Made by a program: the position numbers and the translations under genes
From: Ilumatobacter sp.
Lineage (GTDB): Bacteria > Actinomycetota > Acidimicrobiia > Acidimicrobiales > Ilumatobacteraceae
Direction of reading: 5' to 3'
Assembly: GCA_035512975.1 (NCBI GenBank)
Contig: DATKCX010000306.1
Location: 11,372-75,371, forward strand
Length of the DNA stretch: 64,000 nucleotides
In this document: positions 56,591 through 64,000 of the stretch, piece after piece
Layout of the letters: every line of letters begins with the position of its first letter
Numbering within the stretch: position 1 is the stretch's first letter
Notes under the pieces: generated by a model
The model's database searches: none
The model's input: the letters and a program-made list of their open reading frames with translations, nothing else
What the model was told of the DNA's origin: nothing

Positions 56591-58450
56591 TCAGAACAGT
56601 TCGGCGGCGAGGGTCTCGTACTGGGCGATCCGGTCACGAACGACGTCGGCGCTGGCGTGCCAGAACGCCGCGTCGGTCACGTCGAGATCGAATGCCCGGC
56701 CGAGTTCCTCGGCGGTGTCCATGCCGGCACGCGACAGCAGGTCGGAATATCCGGAGCGGAATTTCTCGGGGTCGTCGACGTATCGCGAGTAGAGGCCGAG
56801 CCCGAAGAGCATGCCGTACGTGTATGGCCAGTTGTAGAAATGCGAGGCGTAGTAGTGCGACTTCAACAGCCACATGTACGGGTGCCTGGTGCTGAGATCG
56901 ATGCCGTCTCCGTACGCCCGCTGTTGGCTGTCCAGCATCAACTCGTTGAGCTCGCTGACACCGAGTGACCGCCGCTGACGGCGCGCGAACAGCTCGGTCT
57001 CGAACAGCACCCGAGACTGGATGTCGACGACGACTTGGTTGGTTCCGGCGAGGTCGACGTCGAGCAGCGCGAGTCGATCGGCACCCTGAAGACGAGCCAG
57101 CCCAGACTCCACGGCGAGCGTCTCGCAGAAGATGCTCGCCGTCTCGGCCAAGGCCATGGGCAGCCGGCGTTGCAGAGCGGTGCGGCCCGCGAGCGTGGTG
57201 TTGTGGTAGGCGTGGCCGAGTTCGTGGGCGGTGGTTTGCGCCGACTCGACCGATCCCGACCAGTTCAGCAGCACCAGCGAACGGTCGTCGAAGAACGACA
57301 TGCAGAACGCTCCGCCGACCTTGCCTTCACGCGGCGAGGCATCGATCCATTGCTCGTGCAGCGCACGGTCGACCAAGCCCCCGAGCTCGGCGCTGTAGTC
57401 GGTGAACGCGCTGCGTACCCAATCGAGGCCCTCAGCCCACGAGATCGACGAGGCGATGTCGGGAAGCGGCGCGATGAGATCGCTCCAGGGCAAGCCACCC
57501 GCGTGACCGTGCACTCGAGCCTTGGTGCGCATCCATTGCTGGAGGTCGGGGAGCAACGCGTTGATCGCCTCGTTCATTGCGTCGAACGTCGGGCGGCTGA
57601 CGCTGTTCGCATACAACGACGCGTCCAGCGGCGACGACCAGTGACGGCGGGTGTTGACCGTGTTCGCTTCGCCTTTGATTGCGTTGAGCGCTGCGGCGAC
57701 CGAGGTGGCGATCTGCGGCCACGCGACCATCTCGGCGTCGTAGGCCGCTTGGCGGACCCTGGCGTCGGGGTCGGTGGCCAGACCGCGCACTGCAGGCATG
57801 GGGAGCGTCTGCTGGGTGCCGTCGGGAAACGTGACCGACGCCGACAGTTGTGACGTGAGGTCACCTTGCAGCCGCGACCAAGCTGACGAGCCGGTGGTGG
57901 ACAGCGCTGCGTAGAGACCTTCCTCCGGCTCGCTCATCTGGTGTGCGGCGCGTTCGGCGAGGCGGGTGAGCGGACCGAGATGTTCGCCGACCTGTGTGCT
58001 GACCGTTGCGAGCTCGTCGACCCCGAGCGCATGCACCCAGTCGGCCAATCGGGCGAAGAGCGGCGTGAGGTCCGACTCGGTGACTTCGAGTTGGCCCAGC
58101 AGCGATTGCGCTTGCTCGTTGCGCGAATCGGTGGTGACCGACGCATACACGGTGGCGGCAGTGGTGTTGAGGTCGTCGGACACCCGGTTGAGATCGGCGA
58201 TCGCGGCATCGGCGGCGACCCCGTCAGCCGCGGTGACCGCACGTGGTTCGATGGCCCGAATGTTGTGTTCGTCGAACGTGGCGACCAATCGAGTGGTCTC
58301 GGAGCCGGATCGTTCCATCGCGTCTCGGAAACTCTGCGCATCGAGCGACTCGTGCATGTCGGTGACGCTCCAACGCGGCAGATGATCGGTATCCGTGGTG
58401 CCGGTGTTCGTCGCATCAAGGCCGGTGTTCTTCGCATCAAGGTTGGTCAT
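56591..58450 (-). CDS. pepF: M3B oligoendopeptidase F
   Basis: GKVGGAFCM, AHELGHAYH, LAETASIFCE and FYNWPYTYG; start refined to ATG 58450. Confidence 0.9.
   Translation of the reverse strand: MTNLDAKNTGLDATNTGTTDTDHLPRWSVTDMHESLDAQSFRDAMERSGSETTRLVATFDEHNIRAIEPRAVTAADGVAADAAIADLNRVSDDLNTTAATVYASVTTDSRNEQAQSLLGQLEVTESDLTPLFARLADWVHALGVDELATVSTQVGEHLGPLTRLAERAAHQMSEPEEGLYAALSTTGSSAWSRLQGDLTSQLSASVTFPDGTQQTLPMPAVRGLATDPDARVRQAAYDAEMVAWPQIATSVAAALNAIKGEANTVNTRRHWSSPLDASLYANSVSRPTFDAMNEAINALLPDLQQWMRTKARVHGHAGGLPWSDLIAPLPDIASSISWAEGLDWVRSAFTDYSAELGGLVDRALHEQWIDASPREGKVGGAFCMSFFDDRSLVLLNWSGSVESAQTTAHELGHAYHNTTLAGRTALQRRLPMALAETASIFCETLAVESGLARLQGADRLALLDVDLAGTNQVVVDIQSRVLFETELFARRQRRSLGVSELNELMLDSQQRAYGDGIDLSTRHPYMWLLKSHYYASHFYNWPYTYGMLFGLGLYSRYVDDPEKFRSGYSDLLSRAGMDTAEELGRAFDLDVTDAAFWHASADVVRDRIAQYETLAAELF
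58403..58444 (-). repeat. 21-bp tandem duplication at the pepF N-terminus
   Basis: ggtgttcgtcgcatcaaggcc / ggtgttcttcgcatcaaggtt (NLDAKNT-GLDATNT). Confidence 0.85.
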
Positions 58451-59387
58451 GTGTGCTCCCGATGAGTGAGGTGACAGTGCCTCCGTAGGCCCGCCTGGTG
58501 CGGTGGACCGTGAAGCCGAGTGAACGGTACAGGGACAGCGCTGGCGCGTTGTCGTCATCGACATAGAGAGTCGCTGCACTGATGCCGCGCGCTGCGATCG
58601 AGTCGAGCCCGGCGAGTGTGAGCTGTTTGCCGAGGCCACGCCCGTGAAAGTCTGGGTGTACGGCGATGACGTAGATCTCGCCGTGTCGTTGATCGGCGGG
58701 GAGGTCGAGGCCGTGGATCTTCGTCCAGCAGAACGCGGCCATGCGGCCGTCGATCTCATGCACTCGGAACCCGGTTGGGTCGAACCATGGTTCGGCTTGA
58801 CGGAGTGCCAACGTGGCGACGGTCCAACCGCCTTGTTCCCCGTGCTCGGCGAACGCCGAGTTGTTGACGCGTACCCAAGCTGCATCGTCGTCCCCGACCA
58901 CGAAGTCCCGCGTGGTGACGATGGCGTGTTGGTCGAGTGGCAACGCCGCGTGCATCTCGTGTAGTTGGCGCCGAAGCACGAGACCTCGCTCGGTACACAC
59001 GTCGGCGAGCGCTTGCCCGATGGGATTGACGTCGACCCACGCGACCAGCTCGCCGCCACCGGCGCGTTGGAACGCATCGATCGCAGTTTCGGCGGTGTCG
59101 CGGGCCAACCGCGCCACCCCGGGCGGCCCCGCTGCGGCGCGCGGATGAACGACGATTTCCAACGATGACTCGTGGTTTGCCGCAGATATCTGCCCGTACG
59201 CAACGGTTCCAATGCCGTCGGCAACCCGCACGGCGATGAATCCGGGGCTGCCGCCGCGTTGCAGGTCGAGCCACAGGTGGTCGCTGAGGGGCCTCTCGCC
59301 GTCGACTGCAGCGACGTCGTGCATGAACGACGTCAGGATATTGACGTCGGCTTCCGCCGGAAATACCGCCACGTCGACCACATACAT
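58437..59387 (-). CDS. mshD: Mycothiol synthase (tandem GNAT)
   Basis: DGERPLSDH, AFAEHGEQGGW, EPWFDP, FCWTKIH, GEIYVIAVHP and LYVDDDN; TACCCT 7 nt before ATG 59387. Confidence 0.9.
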   Translation of the reverse strand: MYVVDVAVFPAEADVNILTSFMHDVAAVDGERPLSDHLWLDLQRGGSPGFIAVRVADGIGTVAYGQISAANHESSLEIVVHPRAAAGPPGVARLARDTAETAIDAFQRAGGGELVAWVDVNPIGQALADVCTERGLVLRRQLHEMHAALPLDQHAIVTTRDFVVGDDDAAWVRVNNSAFAEHGEQGGWTVATLALRQAEPWFDPTGFRVHEIDGRMAAFCWTKIHGLDLPADQRHGEIYVIAVHPDFHGRGLGKQLTLAGLDSIAARGISAATLYVDDDNAPALSLYRSLGFTVHRTRRAYGGTVTSLIGSTHDQP

Positions 59388-59525
59388 ACTGAGCAGGGTA
59401 TCCAAGCGCCGGGGTGCCCGCCTGGGCCAGCGCCCGTTCGCGACCGAGCTCCAACCCCGGCAATTCATTTCTGGTTCAATCTTTCGTGATGTAGTTGAAG
59501 ATGGCAGCTTCGTCTGAGACAATGA

Positions 59526-59633
59526 GGGTCCAGGTTCCCGCCACCTGGATCGGCGCTGGACAGGTCTCCGCCGGCCTGTCCGCCCATGGTGTAGCGGCCC
59601 CTCGGCTTCGGCCGGGGGGTCGCTCCCGTTTTT
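59526..59633 (+). ncRNA. Candidate small RNA: two 9-bp hairpins with CCGCC loops plus UUCG terminator
   Basis: Stems 59527-35/59543-51, 59558-66/59573-81 and 59594-606/59611-23; all mismatches are G-U on the plus strand; T-tract at 59629-33. Confidence 0.55.
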
Positions 59634-59663
59634 CCGGCATTTGCCCGGCAATTTGCCGTGCAG

Positions 59664-59885
59664 TTAGCTGCCGAGAGTTTTGAGGGTGCGTTTCAACGCT
59701 CGCGTGCTCATCAGGATCTGTCGCTCGGCTTCATGCAGTGCAGTGACCACGTCATCTCGGTTGGTGCCAAGAAACGGCTCTGCGAGCGCGGCGACTCGAT
59801 CTCGTTGGCGCTCGATCATGTCGGTGATCACCAGCAGTTCGGCGACGAGGGAGTCGGTGTTCGGTGCTGGCAACTTCGATGGCAT
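59664..59885 (-). CDS. Small hypothetical helical protein
   Basis: Amphipathic two-helix sequence; TACGGT 7 nt before ATG 59885. Confidence 0.65.
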   Translation of the reverse strand: MPSKLPAPNTDSLVAELLVITDMIERQRDRVAALAEPFLGTNRDDVVTALHEAERQILMSTRALKRTLKTLGS

Positions 59886-59991
59886 CTTCGTCACCGTATC
59901 GTCGCCGTATCGTCACGGTATTCGGGGGCAAGTCCGTGGCAGGTTCGGAACCGGCTAGGTCGGCAGAGACTCGCTCGGTAGCCTCCACACA

Positions 59992-61086
59992 GTGATTCCG
60001 GTACGTGACGACCTGAAAGCCCTCGACGGCTACCACAGTCCCCAGGTCGACGTCGAGGTTCGGCTCAACACCAACGAGTCACCGCTGCCGCCGCCCGATG
60101 CATTCCGTGACGCCCTCGCTGCAGAGATGTCGCGCATCGAGTGGCACCGGTATCCGGATCGCGAGGCCACCGAACTTCGAGAGGCGATCGGTGCCATGCA
60201 CGGTGTGCCCGCATCGATGGTGTTTCCTGCGAATGGCTCCAACGAGGTGTTGCAGACGATCCTCCTCGCCTACGCCGGCCCGGGTCGCACGGTCGCCACG
60301 TTCGAGCCGAGCTATCAGATGCACTCCCAGATCGCCCGCGTCGTCGGTTCCACCGTGGCCGAAGGCGAGCGGGCGGCCGACTTCACCCTGTCATCGGTGG
60401 AGATGCGACGAGTGGTCACCGAGTCGAATCCGCACGTCACGTTTCTCACGTCGCCCAACAACCCCACCGGCCTCGTCGAGCCCCGCGAGCGAGTCCTCGA
60501 GTTGCTCGACATCTCCAACGGCCTGGTCGTGGCCGACGAGGCGTACGCCCAGTTCGCCGACTGGTCGGCTCTCGATCTCATCGACGAGTCACGTCCTTTG
60601 GTGGTCACGCGCACCTTTTCGAAGACGTGGAGCATGGCCGGGGTGCGTCTGGGTTATGCCATCGGCCCGACGTGGTTTGTTCGGGAACTCGACAAGGTCG
60701 TCTTGCCGTACCACCTCGATGCCGCGAAGCAGTTGGCGGGCCGTATCGCGCTGCGATTCGTCGATGACATGAACGACCGTGTGCGGCTCATCGTCGGTGA
60801 ACGTGAACGTATCTCTGCAGCCATGCGTTCGATGCCGATCGAGGTCACTCCCAGCGGTGCCAACTTCGTGCTGTTCCGCCCGCTCACGGTGGGAGGACGC
60901 GACCTGTGGCAGCGGCTGCTCGATCAGAGTGTGCTGGTCCGCGACTGCTCGGGGTGGCCGCGCCTCGCCGACTGTCTGCGGGTCACCGTCGGCACCCCTC
61001 AAGAAAACGATCGATTCCTCGCAGCACTCGCAACCAGTCTCGCCACTCACGTCGAGGGTGACACGAACGGAGCCACGCCCACATGA
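59992..61086 (+). CDS. hisC: Histidinol-phosphate aminotransferase
   Basis: LNTNESP, NGSNEVL, SPNNPTG, DEAY and RTFSKTWSMAGVRLGY; TAGCCT 7 nt before the GTG. Confidence 0.95.
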   Translation: MIPVRDDLKALDGYHSPQVDVEVRLNTNESPLPPPDAFRDALAAEMSRIEWHRYPDREATELREAIGAMHGVPASMVFPANGSNEVLQTILLAYAGPGRTVATFEPSYQMHSQIARVVGSTVAEGERAADFTLSSVEMRRVVTESNPHVTFLTSPNNPTGLVEPRERVLELLDISNGLVVADEAYAQFADWSALDLIDESRPLVVTRTFSKTWSMAGVRLGYAIGPTWFVRELDKVVLPYHLDAAKQLAGRIALRFVDDMNDRVRLIVGERERISAAMRSMPIEVTPSGANFVLFRPLTVGGRDLWQRLLDQSVLVRDCSGWPRLADCLRVTVGTPQENDRFLAALATSLATHVEGDTNGATPT

Positions 61087-61676
61087 GCCGAACCGCAGAT
61101 CGATCCCGCGTCACCAACGAGACATCGATCGAGGTCTCGATCGACCTCGATGGAACCGGCACGACGAACATCTCGACGGGCATTCCGTTCTACGACCACA
61201 TGCTCGACCAGCTCGGTCGGCACAGCGGGTTCGACCTCACGGTGCGGGCGGTCGGCGACCTGCACATCGACACGCACCACACGGTGGAAGACGTCGCCAT
61301 TTCGCTCGGCGAGGCGTTCCGCGAGGCGCTCGGCGACAAGTCGGGAATCCGCCGATTCGCGAGCGGACGATTCCCGCTCGACGAGGCTCTCATCGATGTT
61401 GCACTCGACCTGTCGGGACGCGCGCACGTGGAGTGGTTGGTGCCGCTGCCGGAGGTATTGCCGATGGGTAACCCACCGTTCGATCCGCAGCTCGCGGAGC
61501 ACGCTGTCACGTCGTTTGCGAACGCTGCTGCGATGACGTTGCACGTTGAACTCGTTCGGGGCCGTAATGTGCATCACATCATCGAGGCCACCTTCAAAGG
61601 TTTGGCGCGATCGCTGCGCGACGCCGTTCGCGTCGATCAGCCGGGCGGAGTGCCGTCCACCAAAGGGACGTTGTGA
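61083..61676 (+). CDS. hisB: Imidazoleglycerol-phosphate dehydratase
   Basis: FYDHML, DTHHTVED and NVHHIIEATFK. Confidence 0.97.
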   Translation: MSRTADRSRVTNETSIEVSIDLDGTGTTNISTGIPFYDHMLDQLGRHSGFDLTVRAVGDLHIDTHHTVEDVAISLGEAFREALGDKSGIRRFASGRFPLDEALIDVALDLSGRAHVEWLVPLPEVLPMGNPPFDPQLAEHAVTSFANAAAMTLHVELVRGRNVHHIIEATFKGLARSLRDAVRVDQPGGVPSTKGTL

Positions 61677-62311
61677 CCGCACCGGTGGTGGCCGTTCTCG
61701 ACTACGGCATCGGCAACCTGCATTCCGCGCAGAAGGCACTCGAGAAGATGGGTGCCGACGCACGCCTCACCGCCGATCCCGAGCTCGTGGCATCCGCCGA
61801 CGGGGTCGTCTTGCCTGGTGTGGGTGCGTTCGGTGCCTGTATGTCGGCGCTGCGTGCGGCCGGCCTGGAACAGCCCACGCTCGACGCCGCGGCATCGGGC
61901 CGACCATTTCTCGGCATCTGCGTCGGCATGCAGATGCTGTTCGATGGCAGCGACGAAGACGACACGTCCATCGGCTTGGGGATCATTCCGGGGAGCATTC
62001 AGTGGATTCCGGCCGGCGTGAAGCGACCTCAGATGCAATGGAACCGTCTCGAACTGTTGCTGCCCGACGACGCCATGTTGGTCGAGTTGGGTGACGACCC
62101 GTGGGTGTATTTCGTCCACTCGCTGCACGGTGTGCCGGTAGATCCGGCCGTGGTCGCGGCGACCTGCCAGTACGGAGGCGTGGTGAACGCGGCGTTTCGT
62201 CAGGGGAACGTGTTCGCGACGCAGTTCCACCCCGAGAAGTCGGGCACGACCGGGCTGAAGTTGTTGCGCAACTTCGTCGCGGTGTGCGCACGCAAGGGTG
62301 TCTCGGCATGA
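61673..62311 (+). CDS. hisH: Imidazole glycerol phosphate synthase, glutaminase subunit
   Basis: DYGIGNL, LPGVGAF, GICVGMQ, YFVHS and QFHPEKS. Confidence 0.97.
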   Translation: MTAPVVAVLDYGIGNLHSAQKALEKMGADARLTADPELVASADGVVLPGVGAFGACMSALRAAGLEQPTLDAAASGRPFLGICVGMQMLFDGSDEDDTSIGLGIIPGSIQWIPAGVKRPQMQWNRLELLLPDDAMLVELGDDPWVYFVHSLHGVPVDPAVVAATCQYGGVVNAAFRQGNVFATQFHPEKSGTTGLKLLRNFVAVCARKGVSA

Positions 62312-63033
62312 CGGTCGACTTGTACCCAGCCATCGATCTGCGCGGCGGCAAGGTGGTCCGACTCACCGAAGGCGACTACGCGGCCGAGACGATCTACGGA
62401 GACGACCCGGTCGCTGTTGCAGCGTCGTTCGCGGATGCAGGCGCGCCGTGGGTGCACGTCGTCGACCTCGACGCGGCGCGTTCGGGAGACCCGGTGAATC
62501 GTTCGGTGGTCGCAGCCATCGCCGCTCGACTCGCCGGGCGGGCGAACCTGCAGAACGGTGGCGGCGTCCGCACGCTCGAAGACGCCCGTGCCCTCGCTGA
62601 CGCCGGTGTCACACGGGTCGTCATGGGTTCGGCCGCCATCGCCGACCCGGATCTCGTCGCGACGGTCAGCGCCATCGTGCCGGTTGCGGTGGGTCTCGAT
62701 CATCGCGACGGTGAACTCGCAGTACACGGCTGGACCGCAGGCAGCGGGATGCAACTCGACGATGCACTGCACCTGTTTCCCACGGCTGCGGCGTTCGTCA
62801 TCACCGACATCTCCCGCGACGGTCGCCTCACGGGCCCCGACGTCGACGGGCTCGCCGCCGCCGTTCGCGCCACCTCGATTCCGGTGATCGCCAGCGGGGG
62901 CGTGTCGTCACTGGCCGACATCGAGGCGCTCGCCGCGATCGATGGGCTTGGCGGCATCATCACTGGCAAAGCGATCTACGAAGGTCGGTTTTCGGTCGTC
63001 GACGCGATCTCCCGACTGGCGGCGCGATCATGA
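62308..63033 (+). CDS. hisA: ProFAR isomerase
   Basis: [39 protein letters not shown] and IASGGV; start at ATG 62308. Confidence 0.95.
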   Translation: MTVDLYPAIDLRGGKVVRLTEGDYAAETIYGDDPVAVAASFADAGAPWVHVVDLDAARSGDPVNRSVVAAIAARLAGRANLQNGGGVRTLEDARALADAGVTRVVMGSAAIADPDLVATVSAIVPVAVGLDHRDGELAVHGWTAGSGMQLDDALHLFPTAAAFVITDISRDGRLTGPDVDGLAAAVRATSIPVIASGGVSSLADIEALAAIDGLGGIITGKAIYEGRFSVVDAISRLAARS

Positions 63034-63046
63034 AGTCGGTGCGGGC

Positions 63047-63826
63047 GTGAAGGTGGCACGTGTCATTCCGTGTCTCGACGTCACCGCCGGTCGCGTGGTC
63101 AAGGGCACCAACTTCGTCGACCTGCGAGATGCCGGTGATCCGGTGGAACTGGCCGCGAGATATGACGCGGAGGGTGCCGACGAGCTGGTGTTTCTCGACA
63201 TCACGGCATCCTCAGATGATCGAGCGACCACGATCGACATGGTGTATCGCGTGGCGGAGCAGGTGTACATCCCGTTCACGGTCGGCGGCGGTATTCGCTC
63301 ACTCGAAGATGCCCGCCGCATGCTGCGCGCCGGAGCCGACAAGGTCAGTCTGAACACCGCCGCGGTGCAACGCCCCGAACTCATCAGTGAGATCGCCGCC
63401 GAGTTCGGTTCGCAGTGCGTCGTGTGCGCCATCGACGCCAAGCGTCGCGATGTCGATGACCCGAGCAAGGGTTTCGAAGTGTTCTTGCACGGAGGTCGCA
63501 CCGCCACGGGCATCGACGCGGTGGAGTGGGCGCAGCGTGCGGGGCTGCTCGGCGCTGGTGAGTTGTTGCTCACCTCGATGGATCGCGATGGCACCCGCAT
63601 CGGGTTCGATCACGTGCTCACTCGCACGATCGCCGACGCGGTCAACGTGCCGGTGATCGCCAGCGGGGGAGTTGGCACGCTGCAGCATCTGGTCGACGGT
63701 GTGGTGGAAGGCGGAGCGGACGCGGTGCTCGCCGCATCGATCTTCCACTTCCGCGAACACACTGTCGCCGACGCGAAACACGCCATGTTGGCTGCGGGGA
63801 TCACGGTTCGACCGCCGAGTACCTGA
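63047..63826 (+). CDS. hisF: Imidazole glycerol phosphate synthase, cyclase subunit
   Basis: [30 protein letters not shown] and LTSMDRDG; start at GTG 63047. Confidence 0.97.
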   Translation: MKVARVIPCLDVTAGRVVKGTNFVDLRDAGDPVELAARYDAEGADELVFLDITASSDDRATTIDMVYRVAEQVYIPFTVGGGIRSLEDARRMLRAGADKVSLNTAAVQRPELISEIAAEFGSQCVVCAIDAKRRDVDDPSKGFEVFLHGGRTATGIDAVEWAQRAGLLGAGELLLTSMDRDGTRIGFDHVLTRTIADAVNVPVIASGGVGTLQHLVDGVVEGGADAVLAASIFHFREHTVADAKHAMLAAGITVRPPST

Positions 63827-64000
63827 GCGCTTCGTCCAAATTTGCGCGAACAGTGGTCGTTCCATCACTACTTGCGCGATTCTGCGACGTTTTGCGTCGG
63901 GTATCGGTACGGTCCGCGCGGTGACGTCGACCGCCTTGCGCAGCACCCACCTTTCCTTCTCCCGCCCGACCTGCGCAGGCCGGTGATGGGATCGGTCGCT

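Noticed and set aside
56591-59224. 877-aa ORF as a pepF fusion, plus other long N-terminal extensions (17891-19162, 43630-44991, 47442-48974, 29044-30714)
   Set aside because: The extensions overlap neighbouring genes in other frames and are low-complexity; internal starts have -10 or SD support.
59495-59683. 62-aa plus-strand ORF as a protein
   Set aside because: It runs through a strong terminator-like hairpin, has no recognisable motif, and the region is better explained by RNA structure; not fully excluded.
63827-64000. Possible gene or leader after hisF
   Set aside because: Only shadow ORFs are visible and the window ends; nothing supportable.

Overview
GC-rich chromosomal window with about 60 genes, most likely from an Actinomycetota bacterium of class Acidimicrobiia. 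This is an inference from mshD, an F420-type LLM oxidoreductase, DUF3499 and pervasive leaderless TANNNT-N6-8-start architecture. Housekeeping content: aconitase, gltBD, ddl/murF, rlmN, pepF, mshD, hisCBHAF and tRNA-Val(CAC). There is also a complete galactoside uptake and catabolism locus (galK, GH36, DeoR, ABC transporter, galT, GH2) and an ECF sigma/anti-sigma/lipoprotein locus. The most interesting element is a TetR-controlled four-gene lipid operon (17891-24155, minus strand): fatty acyl-CoA reductase fused to a HAD phosphatase, a Zn-dehydrogenase, a divergent LarA (lactate-racemase-fold) protein and an acyltransferase. This module set fits an ether-lipid or other fatty-alcohol lipid pathway. 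Other notable signals: a candidate unannotated sRNA with two CCGCC-loop hairpins and a UUCG terminator (59526-59633); dispersed palindromes sharing a GTGYC-W-GRCAC centre; a J-domain gene that appears to start at ATC; one palindromic -10 box serving both ddl and murF; a self-evident ECF promoter motif; a 34-aa Cys-rich microprotein; and many short 9-21 bp tandem duplications. No CRISPR array, transposase, integrase or prophage was seen. Start codons were refined by eye from the ORF track, and no database searches were run.
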